Shown here one piece after another: positions 15,754 to 28,322 of a stretch of DNA of 64,000 bases. Below the pieces are notes generated by a model. The model was given only the letters and a program-made list of their open reading frames with translations, searched no databases and was not told the origin of the DNA. Made by a program: the position numbers and the translations under genes. Source of the stretch: Spizellomyces punctatus DAOM BR117 (lineage: Eukaryota); assembly GCA_000182565.2 (NCBI GenBank), contig KQ257451.1. One strand, given 5' to 3'. Each line of letters opens with the position of its first letter. Position 1 is the first letter of the stretch.

Positions 15754-15906
15754 GATGATATCTGTAGAAAAGCCTGGGAAAATGGGCGACGACTTATATA
15801 GGATTTTTTGGATCAAACCATAATTCATGAGTCTAAATCGAGTAAAATTATGATTAAATTGGTTGGAATCTCTGTACTAGTACCAATACCAATCGGCTCC
15901 GCACTA
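14029..15906 (-). mobile_element. Spu-1-like Fanzor1-carrying TIR element, internally/3'-deleted, putative TA target-site duplication
   Basis: Left end on the minus strand reads CA-TA|GTGCGGAGCCGATTGGTATTGGTACTAGTAC (15908->15874). The other end keeps only ...CAC|TA (14033->14029) after a 10-nt non-Fanzor junction segment. It contains one long intronless ORF, unlike nearly all host genes. Confidence 0.8.
15874..15906 (-). repeat. Left terminal inverted repeat of the Fanzor element plus TA
   Basis: Plus strand GTACTAGTACCAATACCAATCGGCTCCGCACTA closely matches the recalled 3' end of the SpuFz1 omegaRNA/right TIR (...GUGCUAGUGCCAAUACCCACCGGCUCCGCACUA), as expected for an inverted repeat. Includes the 10-bp palindrome GTACTAGTAC. 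Confidence 0.8.
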
Positions 15907-16175
15907 TGTATTCCGTTCACACGGATGGCATATCTGTTTTTCCTCGTAGACATATATATATCGGCGGCGCCTCAGATACTTGTCACCTTCAACTGCTATA
16001 GAATTATCTTTTTATTGAATTTGCTCCCAAGTCCTTTCGTTATAATTGGTGTGCAGTATAAGGTCCGGATAACTTGGCAGCTAAAGATTTTCTGCATACC
16101 ATGGACAAATTGTGGACAATAAAGTCTAGTCTTGCAGAGGGTAGAATACTCACATGGTCTGCAAGAAATAAAGTC

Positions 16176-17142
16176 CTATATCTCAATCATTCTCTTTAAA
16201 AACTCAGGGGCGCGGAGAAGCCTTCGTCCTTCAGAGATCTCCATTCTCGGATAGACATCATCGAGAAAATAGTATACATGCCCCACAGCCAGCCCCATGA
16301 GGTCGCCTGCCGGCCATTGGTTGTTCAGGAGGATGGTAAACCCGAGTAGCACCCATGGCAGGTACGGAGCAGTAAAAGTGAAGATCCCCAGAAAGTTCAT
16401 TCGAATGAATGCATTTCGTCGTGACCAGACGTAAACGAGCATGAAAGTTAGAGGAGAAGAGAGGAACGGGATGGAGGTACGAGCAGGGAGTAGAGGCGAC
16501 ATGCCCTGAGAAGAAAAGGTTGGTTACTATTACATGACTTTTTGACGTATATCACGTCAAACTTTTCCGACGTAAGCTTACGATTGTTGCCAGCATTCCA
16601 AATAATAGAAACCATAGGAAGTCAGCCGTCCTCCCACGGAAAGAGCCTTCCTCCAACATACGGCTATATCGGACGCTGGAAAAACAACATTTGAGCATTT
16701 GCTTGTCCGCTTCACCAGACTAACACTAGCCATACGTACAGGAAGAACATGTGGAAGAGGAAGTCGAGCGAAAAGTTTCCAAAGTACAGGAAGCTTGTGA
16801 TAAGTCGCCACCACTGTGATGCACCAACCAAATCAGTCACACACCAACAATCATTAATGGTGGACCAACAGGGACGCAGAAAGCTGCCTCAAAGCCTCAT
16901 GTACTTACTTGTCTGGATCGCCATATCAGCGTCCAGTTGAAGTAAAGGTGAAAGGGCGACACGAGATCCAGTTGCTACATGAATGCAATTGTGATAGATC
17001 CGTCGGTGATCGATTCCATTGTGCCAAGGGAAACCCCACATACTGAACTTACGCAGGCAAGGGTGGTCAACACCACAGCGGTAACATATGTCCGTGTGAT
17101 GACCGGTACTTCATAGTACCACTCTTCTATAGGAAATGGCAT
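16176..17142 (-). CDS. Derlin (Derlin-2/Der1 family ERAD membrane protein)
   Basis: [62 protein letters not shown] and [12 protein letters not shown]. Confidence 0.92.
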
Positions 17143-17879
17143 GCCGAACTATCTTTGCCCAGGCTTGGAGTCGGGTCGCGGATCTGTGTTATCCACCACC
17201 ATGACGTGTTCCTTGTGCTTGGTACTCACGTGTCAAGCAAGCGAGAACTACAAACTGCATCTACTCCACACAGCGATAATGCCCAGCTCTTTCCAAAACA
17301 TCTTTTTTAAACCAAGAGATATGCTCCAGGTAGATGATGTGATGATGATGGATTTGAGTGCATTGCTGTCATCGGCGGATGAATCATTTCACATCTATGC
17401 AAACCAATGCACGCTTGCAAATTTCCAATAGTCTTTTGACATGAGTATCCAACCCATATCTTAACATTTGCAGTTTGAGCAGTTTTGCATGACAAAAGCG
17501 CCCGTTGAATGAAGCCTTGTTTACATGCCGCAGTCATCATGGCCGTGGCACAGGCATCGGAATGTGTATGACTGTGCCATTATGGCTATTGGGTCACAAG
17601 CGGGCGGCAAGAGGTCAGCAATTGTGGTCTCAGAACGGCTTCAGGGCTTTCAACAACATCTTACGTGCTCGTCCTAGATTCCGCCACGTCTGAGAACGAG
17701 CGTTCTGCCAACGCATCTCGTGTCGAATACTTTTAAACAGCATACTCTCTGTTTTCTTACACTCTTGGCTGTCAGTCTCGGAGTGAGCGTTACGTGACCC
17801 TGCTCGATCCCGCCTCCTGCGCATCTCGCGTTTGTGACCTTTCCCTCAAAACAACGTTACCCTTTCTTTTCTGGCAACA

Positions 17880-19019
<1,140 letters not shown>

Positions 19020-19516
19020 GAGCTGGATTGGGTGGTGAGGGACGAGTTTGTTGCACATTTGTCGCATTATAATGACGGTGATTAAGCGTGGTGATAGAAA
19101 AATGGCCGTCTGCGTGTGGTTGAGGTTCTCTTATGCTGTTAACTGTTCAAATACCAGAATATTGTCTTCTTTTTATATTCGCCCTATTGATCATTTTGCC
19201 ATCTGTTGCCTCTGCTCGTGCCAATCGAGCGCTCTTCCCGCGGGCCAAATTTCAGATCCGCTTTTTGAACCCTTTTTCGCGCCCACCTTTCAAACTCTGG
19301 GACAAAACTCACGTGCCTCGCCTAGCAACAAAGGCAAAGCTTTAAAGCGTCGATTCAATTCATGACTTGCAAAGCGGAGTTTTTGGGGGTTAGGGGGCAT
19401 GGCATGGGGCAACAGTTTGCGACCTTGCACTGCCAGAACACTGCCTCACCCCGTCTTTTCCCATTCATCATTAAGCATTTTCCTTTCCTTGAGTTGTGTA
19501 CTTGTGTTTACCCATC

Positions 19517-20552
19517 ATGTCTACCGAGGCCGCGAATGTAAAGAACAGCACGGTAAAGGAGCCTGGCTCACCCGAAAAGCCATTTGACTCAACAGGAAGT
19601 GAAACAAGTGATGGAAGACCCTCTCTTATCACTCGGTTCCACTCGTCGGTTCTGGATCCAGAGAGAAGTTCATCTCCTTACCGCGTAGCGGAGGCAATCG
19701 ACCGTGAGGGTGGCTTGCTCTGGCCATCAAAGGGCACCAAATTGCGCAAAGACGAGTCACCCGAAGAGAGGAAAGAGCGCCTCGAGCGGATGGCGGGTGC
19801 TATAAAAACAGTTATTGAATGTGTGGGGGAAGACCCGGACCGTGAAGGGGTTATGAAGACACCCATGCGCTACGCCCAAGCTCTCATGTTCTTCACTCAG
19901 GGATATGAGCAGAATATGAAAGACATTATCAATCAGGCTGTCTTTGAGGAGGATCATGACGAAATGGTCATTGTCAAGAACATAGACATCTTCTCTTTGT
20001 GCGAGCACCATATGGTCCCCTTTGTGGGAAAGGTGAGCTGGGCATCGCACATTGAAAGTGTGTCTCATCCTCTAACTCTAACACACTTTTTCAGGTCAGC
20101 ATCGGATATATACCGGATAAGCGCGTGCTCGGTTTGAGCAAACTGGCTCGGATAGCCGAAATGTTCAGCCGCCGTTTACAGGTACAGGAGCGACTTACAA
20201 AGCAGATCGCCATGTCGCTTCAGGAGATCTTAAAACCGCAAGGCGTTGCTGTCACAATGGAAGCATCGTGAGTGCCGATGCTTTGCACTGTGTGCTACAA
20301 AGTTGTGAGATGTGCGAGATCTTTAATGCGGCGAATATTGCAGGCACATGTGTATGGTCATGCGTGGTGTGCAGAAACCGGGCAGTAGCACTGTCACAAG
20401 TTGCATGCTTGGTGTCTTTAGAGAGGACCCGAAAACCAGGGAAGAGTTCTTAAGAGTGAGTATACCTGTCCCTCACTTGCCATTGCAGCCATGCGAACAA
20501 TCACTGATGCATCTTTTTGCGACCATAGCTCATCCGATCCCAGGGGCTGTAG
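19517..20552 (+). CDS. FOL2: GTP cyclohydrolase I
   Basis: [63 protein letters not shown] and TREEFL. Confidence 0.95.
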
Positions 20553-21066
20553 AAAGGATGTAGAACATATACCCATATACGGCGAATGCTCTTGAGCATT
20601 TTACCGTGACCATAGTCTTCATAAGTGGTTCATGTGGTCCCGTAACTGATTGGTTGCAAAGACTCTTTTGTTCAAATGTACAAGTGTTAAAGTGCTAAAT
20701 AACGTCATAAAAAATATAAAACAGGCTCAAACGTCCTTCCGATCAGTCACTAATGATTGAGTGGCTCAACGACCTTTCCTTCCGATCGTGGTCCATTCAT
20801 TGAAAATCTCAAGGAAAACAAACGGACAAAGGAGGATATTTACCCTCGGCAATCGACGTGATGACGAACGAAATACGTGATCGCACTAATAGACCCTTTG
20901 TTTGGATTGCTTTCAGTTGGGTCGTCTCTCCATGACTGTGCATCTAAGATCACGTGGTACATTTCTTTTTGCGCCCGCATTTCGTCCCCCGTTGAGGTTT
21001 TCCTTCCTTTTGCAGCCCGCTATTGACAATCCCCAACCTTCAGTTTGTCAACGCTAAACAGTAGCC

Positions 21067-21469
21067 ATGGAAAACGAGAAGGGCCAGGTACGGTCCTGAT
21101 TCTGAATGGCATTTGTCGTATCACCAGCCAGTCACTAATGATTGATTGCCTCAACGACCTTTCATTGCAGATCGTTGACCTTTACATTCCCCGCAAGTGC
21201 TCTGCCACTGGACGCCTCATCACCGCCAAGGACCACGCCTCCGTCCAAATCAACGTTGGCGATGTTGACGCTTCTGGCCGTCTCACAGGTACCTTCCAGA
21301 CCTATGCTCTGTCCGGATTTGTGCGTTCCATGGGAGAGTCCGACGACTCTGTCAACAGACTCGCTACTGCTGATGGATACCTTAAGGGGTGGGTTCTTTT
21401 CAAAGGATAAAAGGTGTTTTTAAGACTTACTCATTCTCTACGTGCAGTGTCTGGAGCTACCAGCAGTAA
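21067..21469 (+). CDS. RPS21: 40S ribosomal protein S21 (eS21), 3 exons
   Basis: [37 protein letters not shown]...[11 protein letters not shown]...GVWSYQQ*. Confidence 0.96.
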
Positions 21470-21906
21470 ATGTTGACTCGTCACGTAAACCCGGCACACG
21501 CACGTTCGTGGGAGTTGTTGGAGGGTGGGAATCTGTAGATATGCCTAATGTACTGATGGTATCCTCAGTGAATACACGACTGTCCTTTGTCGAACTTGCT
21601 TCTAGTGTTGAATTGCAACGGAACAATATGAAGGGGCCGCAACATTTTTTGGATGCGTACAGGACTGGGAGAAATACGACATCATCAAATGGAAGTGGAA
21701 AGTTGGGATTGGCCAAGACAATCTAATCTCATATAATGATCCTCAAGGGGATAAGGGGGTATAATTGCAAGGAGACTAATACTGGAAGTAGTTCACTTTG
21801 ATAAAGGTTGGCGTATTGGCAACACATTAGATATGTACCCTAGGCCGGTCGATAGTCTCCCTCCAAGTAAACCACAGTGCCGGACTTGTGACGCGGTGAA
21901 TCTTCG

Positions 21907-24900
21907 CTATTTCGTTGGTGACGATGATTGCTGGGTTTTGATACCCTTTAGAACTGTATCAATGCTCTTCCTCTTGGCTTTCTCTGCCGGAGTCGATTTT
22001 GCAAATACAGAGGTATCGCCCTTCATTCTTGAAGGATAGCATATCGTGATTAATAGAATAATCAACAGTCAAATGCGCATCTCACTCACTTTTCAAGCAC
22101 AACAGCGAGGTTGTTGAATTTGATACGCGAATATCTCTTGTCCCTAATCGCCGGATTCAGAATGTCCTCGTAGTTGGATGACTTTAGTAGAAGAATAGTC
22201 TGGTTTTCATAATGATAAATAATCCAAGATATGTCATTCGCACGCTAGTATCACCTATAGATCGTACCTGTCTCAGTTCTGCGAAAGCATCAGTGACACT
22301 GGCTTCTCCCACACCCGCCGCAAACTTTTCCAAGAATGCGACATCGTTATCGAATATGTCGATTATTCCAGGGCTGAGGCGTTTAATATCAGGATCTAAT
22401 AGGAGACCCTGACGTCAAATGTTATTAGTAAGAAGCAAGATTGCATTTGAAAACAGAACCTCACATAAATTGCGGATGCTAGGTGCTTAAATGCGCCTAG
22501 GTAGATTTGGCTGCGCATGTTAGAGGGAAGGTTGATCAATGTTGACGTGATAATGGCGTTCATGAAGGTGACCAGGTCTAAGCAGGATCTAGGGTCAATA
22601 TATCACCATACATCACAAATCGAATTTGGTAGGTCTAGACATTCACCATCCAAGTATGCGCTGTGACCATCTTGGCTTTTGGCTGGGAGCGGGTTGTTCC
22701 TATAGTAATATTCAGAAACTGCAAAGTATCAGCCCAAACAGATCCATACCAATCGTAATCCGCAAGTTCCAAGAATTCGTCCATTTTCATGTTTAGCAGC
22801 TCAAACAGGCGTTTCTCTGCCAAAATTCGGGATTCTTTAAATACTTGGGTCGCGGATAGCCGAATGATACCCGCTTTATGTGCTGTCCTAAGGACACAAC
22901 ATAATTATGAGCATCAAATGGTATGGGAACACCAGTGCCTCAGATACCTGTTTTCCATCAGAAGCTGCTCAAACTCCGCGCATGCCATCTCGAAGTACTC
23001 GAGATTGATCATTATTTGAACGACTTGAGACATGTTATTCACCATTATCTTCCTCATTAAGGTGCCATTGAGCGTCTGCACCAAAAGATTCTCCAAAGAT
23101 TTTTTGAGCAAATCGTCCATTTCGTTGTACTGTTGCTCGAAGCCCTCTGCAAATCTGTAGAAACCGGTAATGAATTGCTTGATGCGGTCGCAGCATTGTG
23201 GAAAGCCTTTGGAGAAGGGTAAAGTTTTCGGAAATCTGGGGTCCGACATGATTTCGGTGAGACCAGCTGGATGACATAAACGGAGCAGAAGAAAAACTAA
23301 CCGGATGCTAGACGCCCATTCTTTGGACACATATTTGAGATTTCTCGTCTTGGAATCGTCTTTGAGTTTGAAAGCGACGGTAACTTTGTCATATTCTTGT
23401 TGGTCATTGACAATCATGGGGGCGTACTCGTCCTCTTCTACAGTCTGCGTGATCGTTGAGCCAATGCTCCAACGCTCCATTTCGGCATTACCGCAGGAAA
23501 TGAGAAATGACACTCACCTCAACTAAGCTCTCGCTACACTTTGATTTCATCAGTTCACCGTAGCGATCAAGTAGAGATAGCATCAAATCCATGAGGCTAG
23601 TCACTGCAAAGCCGTACGACTAGTATGGTGACATTATCGGCATTTAGTCCCCGTGAACTCAAGTGCTTGGCATACGTTATCTTCCCTAAACAAAACATAC
23701 CTCCATAGTGTCAATGAAGTTCACAACTCGGAGCTTAATGGCCAGGAACAGGTCAGGGTCTCGGCAGTCCTGCAAACTATCCGTAATAACCTCGTTCATT
23801 TTATCGGTTGCATTGGACCACAGACTTTCTACCTATTATAAAGCAGTAAGGACGAAGCACAAATGCAAATGAGTGAACATCTGCTTACGCCGCTTCGCGA
23901 ACGAAAGTTCTGGGTAGAATTCATGACGATTGCCTCAATGATAAAGAAGCCGACAACGTCGTGAAGGTATCTATCAAATCCGGAAAGGTCGCCAGTCTCA
24001 AAAGAGAATCGTTGTCCCACCAGCAAGCGCGCTTGCATCTGTGATAGGCTGCGTTAAACGACTATTCCCCGTTTCCTCGCGCAATCGGACTCCAACATGT
24101 ATTTACTCTTCTCTTCTCTTCATAGAGGCTTCGGAAATCATTTCTTTTGTCCAGTACTTCATGGATATGCAAACATTGATACAAGGGTCTGAAATCAATC
24201 CTCGTTTCGTCGTTTTCGTGGTCGTCACCTATAAAGAGTTATCGTAAGATTATGTTGAATGAGATCATATAAAGGCGGCTTTATACCATGATCAGCGAGC
24301 AGCTCCAGTGATTGGCCGAGATTAAGGCTACTAGCAGAAACGGACATTCCCCGCGCAAGCTTTCCGGCTTTATCCTTTGCTTTGTCTTGCTTTGCAGCTA
24401 TGTGCTCCAATGCCATTTTCCCTATTCCTCGGGTGTTTTCCCGTATACTGTTGTGCATTATTAATTGTTTGTTTCGGCCTGTTAGGATCTCCGGTAGACG
24501 ACATGCAGATGATGCTCACTTGACTAGCCATTCTTGCATTTCCTCCAATACAGCCTCGCGGATGTTTTCCTGCATAATGGGAATGTACTCCTCTATTGAT
24601 GCTGCTAGTGAACTTTTTGTCCAAAGTGGTTCACCTGTATTCTCTTACTCACGCATGTGTTTGGCAAAACTGTATTGTGTCACCGGCCGCAAATGTGTTG
24701 CCTGCAGCTCCTCCAACATCTGCCACGGAGACCATCAGATCACGCCAGGCACTCCAGCAGGACGCTAATGTACCTTCAGCGCGGAATAATACTTGCGGCT
24801 TTCGATGCTTGCATTCACTTTGTTGGCAATATCCAGTACAAATAAGCATGACTGTAGGGATTCGACAGCAAGCTCGATATTCAACAACGTCTGCCGACTT

Positions 24901-25472
24901 TCTATGATTTCCTTTTTCTATCGCCATGAAGAAAAGCAGATATCAGGAAATGGGAATTCAAAAACTTTTGCCACAGGTATATTTCTCTGTTTATGCCGAC
25001 AGAATAAGCAAATGATGACCTTGGCAATAGTCTTACTGCCAGATGATTGCATCTGTTCATTGAGATCTTTTATTTTATCCTTTAACGTAACCGTCCCTTG
25101 CCTCACTTTCAGGAGCTGATCAACGGATTGTACGAATTCCTGCGAATTCGGACGAAGGGTATTAACAAATTGCTAGTTCCTGACCGTACCGCTTCCTAAA
25201 GCACAACTATAATTCACCTGATAATGGAAGACGCACATCTTCTCGATCTCTGCCTCCTTCCTATGAATAAACCCCGTCAGCTGGTCGGCAAAGACATCTT
25301 CTTTTCCAGTTTGCAGGATTTGTTTGATGACGTATGATATTTGATCAAAATTCTCAGTTCCATCAGAACCCACTCCGCCGTCGGATATTGCTAGCTCACG
25401 GAGGAGTTGTTGGAAGTGAGCCGCTTCTTCTTTTGGGGTTAGTTCTATCGGCTGTTTTGACGCATCCGCCAT
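21907..25472 (-). CDS. SEC15: Exocyst complex component Sec15 (EXOC6), multi-exon
   Basis: KEAEIEKMCVFHYQ|EFVQSVDQLLKVR, IKEWLVNIRENTRGIG, VVGFFIIEAIV, QIMINLEYFEMAC and KMDEFLELADYDW are typical of Sec15. Confidence 0.88.
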
Positions 25473-25988
25473 TCTGTAACCACGAGGGAAGCGTACTAGC
25501 AAGAAGGTTCTATATTAACCCTCGCGATGACTGCGTCTTGAAGACCCATCCAATTCCTCAGCGCATTTCAAGTTGACAGTCGGATTGCTGGAGCTCAACG
25601 CGCAGTAACTCGGTGTGGCGCAGTCCCTGGTTATGCTGACGTTGTTGGCCTCTCGTGCACTGAGCTGAAGATAAATATAGAAAACCTTTCACCGTAAACT
25701 TGTGTTGAAAGTGATGCAAGTTCTCCCCCAGTGCTGAGATACATCCTTGACTAGCTTTCTAATTTCTATACATCTTTAAGCGAGCAGTCCATATACTCTT
25801 AGCTTCTAAATATTGATAAAAATCTCCCAATGTCCTTCTTGAGGCGATTATGGGACATGTAGGGAGCAAAAGCCACTATTATTGCCGCTGAGATGGAACT
25901 GGACCTAAAAAAGGGAGACGACAGTTCCAAAGAAAGCAACTGTCAACATGAAGGGCACTCGCTAAGACCATAAAACCAGCAGGGTAGA

Positions 25989-26444
25989 TTAAGAAAGTTG
26001 ATGTGCTTCTAGGAAGCCTCGGAACTCCAGTCGAGGCGTCATGTTCCACCTCATTCCATATCCCAGCTCATTCCGAATCTCGTAGACCACAACGTGTTTA
26101 TTCAAACGATGAATGTTCCTCCACACTGTTCTTCTTAGCATATCGTCCAGTTGCCTTCTCGCGTCTTCAGACTTTTGCACCTCGGAGCCTCGAGGGGCAA
26201 GCCAAAACGGATGTGTTTCCATGATGGGTCCTTTCCGTGCAAAATGTTTGCATAATGCCTTTGCACCCACGCTCAGATTTGTTCCTTTGTGGGTTCTGCA
26301 AAAGGTTTCATGCAGATCGGCAGCAGAGGGTTCTTCCCAAAATTCTGTGGCGATAGTCTTGACCAAGCCTTTGGCCCGATACAGAGCTTCCTGTGAAGAC
26401 ATTTGTTCGCTCCACGGAATTAGGAACTTGCGCAGGTCATTCAT
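25989..26444 (-). CDS. Intronless hypothetical protein with a GAKALCKH...EIRN..GYGMRW...FRGFLE domain (toxin-like / plant ASCH-protein C-terminal-like)
   Basis: Open 151-codon ORF with the recognisable motif string LSVGAKALCKH, HPFW, WRNIH, VYEIRNELGYGMRW, FRGFLE. Confidence 0.7.
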   Translation of the reverse strand: MNDLRKFLIPWSEQMSSQEALYRAKGLVKTIATEFWEEPSAADLHETFCRTHKGTNLSVGAKALCKHFARKGPIMETHPFWLAPRGSEVQKSEDARRQLDDMLRRTVWRNIHRLNKHVVVYEIRNELGYGMRWNMTPRLEFRGFLEAHQLS

Positions 26445-26755
26445 ATGGCTTTCCCTTTACATCCTTTTGTTAACCAGTAGCTTTTGTGATGACCGAGAGC
26501 ATCGTCTGGGTTGGACTATTGCGCATTCAAAGGTGGTTTGAGCCTCATGAGAAATATTAACAGACCAGCCACCCAGTAATGAATTTCAAGTTTGGCCTTC
26601 GAAGTCAACGAAATTCTACACAAAAGTCGTCTGCAGGTTCCCAAACACTAGCATTTCAGTATAACACTATTCACAAGAAGAAAGACCGCATTCGCAATCA
26701 GACTATCTTACTTGACACGAAAGATTCCTTGATTTTCTGTCATATTCATTTCACA

Positions 26756-28021
26756 ATGGCAAAGCCGAAGAAGCCGGCGCCAACCGCTAAAGGGGACGAG
26801 GGTAATGCTTTTAGGCATGCGCTTTTTTTTCATCATAATCAGAGTATGGTGCTAAAGCTTGTCTGATTTGATATAAAGCCAACGATGTTATCCTTAAATA
26901 TTTGAAAAAGCAAAATAGGTACCGGCTTGATATAGAGAGTTTCTCCAACGCCTGATAGGAAGCCCTCGAATCCTCTATCCTACTATGCTGCAGGCCGTAC
27001 AGCGCAGTGGATGTGTTCAATAACCTCGGCGGTCAAGTGGGCAAATCAAATGTGTTGAAAGCATTGACAGCCTTGGCCGAAGAGAGTATGTTAGTCGCTT
27101 GTTCCGCTCTGGCCAGCAATCGTTTTAATTTCTGATTGTCATAACGCAAACAAAACAGAGCAGATACACGCAAAACTCAATGGTAATTGGACGATCTCTA
27201 TCTCAGCTACGATCCAATAATAACTCGAATGTATATAGGAAAGCAATGGGTGTATGTGGCCAAACAGGATGATTTGCAAGTCCCATCCAAAGAGGATCTG
27301 GATGCGATGGACTCAAAAATTGCCAAGCTGAAGGATGAACTTGCGGCGCTTAAGGAGGAGGTAAGAAGCATAATGGCCATCTGTATTCTATATGAAATGG
27401 ACTCATCCTGTTGTCGGTCAATCACAGACCAGAGAGGCACAAGCGGGTCAGTGCAACCACACAGGGGAAAGGGATGCTTCCACATCAAGACCTATTCTAA
27501 TTTTCTGGTTTTCGGGCGGCTATGGTCAGTGCTAAATGGGCTCACAAACTCGTTGACGAATGAGCAGATCGAGCAACGACTTCGCGAGCTCAAAGAAGAG
27601 GTACGTTGAAATCTCCACCACTAAAGACTCAATAGGTCTCCTCGCGCCAGATTGTTGTAAATCCCAATTCTGCTGTAAAATAGAATTCCAAACTCGAGGA
27701 ACGGCTTTCATCCCTCCGTTCGCGATCGACACGGCAGCAACTGAGCGCAGAAGATCGTAAGCGAATAGATAAGAATTTGGAAGCTATGCAAAAAGAGTGG
27801 AGGAAACGTAAACGTATGTTTAACGACATGTGGGCCGCAGTTACGGAGAATATTCAAGGAAGTCTAGCCGAATTCAGAGTAAGTACACTGCCACTGCTAT
27901 TTGCGTTAGAAGACTGCATCATCGACTAATATTGCAACCGGAACAGGAGACGGTTGGAGTAGAGACTGATGAAGCTGCTGGTTTAGATATAAATGCGGAC
28001 CTGTTGAAAGGACTTGTTTGA
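26756..28021 (+). CDS. HOP2: Meiotic homologous-pairing protein Hop2 (TBPIP/PSMC3IP)
   Basis: Winged-helix ILKYLKKQNRPYSAVDVFNNL and GKQWVYVAKQ, a coiled coil, EWRKRKRMFNDMW and ETVGVETDE. Confidence 0.9.
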
Positions 28022-28322
28022 ATTGACTTCAATCATACTCATAATCTAACGGTCCCATCCGCAGCAATTCCCATTGAACCATGTAAAGGGATGCACGAAG
28101 GCGGTGCCTCTTACATAATTCTTGCCAAATACAGAGAAGCAACAACGAGAAACAGAATCTCTATAATTCTACCACATGAAAAGCCTTCCCAACGCAAAGA
28201 CGACATGGGCGTGACACGTGAGGATATTCTACAGGAAAAATGTACAAAACAGAAGCATCAACCATCTACAACCCACAGATTCTGCATCTGCATCAAAGCG
28301 TCTTCGTCCCAGTCTTGTTTGT

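Noticed and set aside
15754-15828. 25-codon N-terminal extension of the Fanzor ORF from an upstream ATG
   Set aside because: Similarity to SpuFz1 begins at MPPKKK (15753), so the extension is probably 5' UTR of the element.
15830-15925. Left TIR read on the plus strand as a possible functional omegaRNA
   Set aside because: Only the last ~33 nt match. The 5' GAGCCG strand needed to pair with CGGCTC and the first stem-loop are absent.
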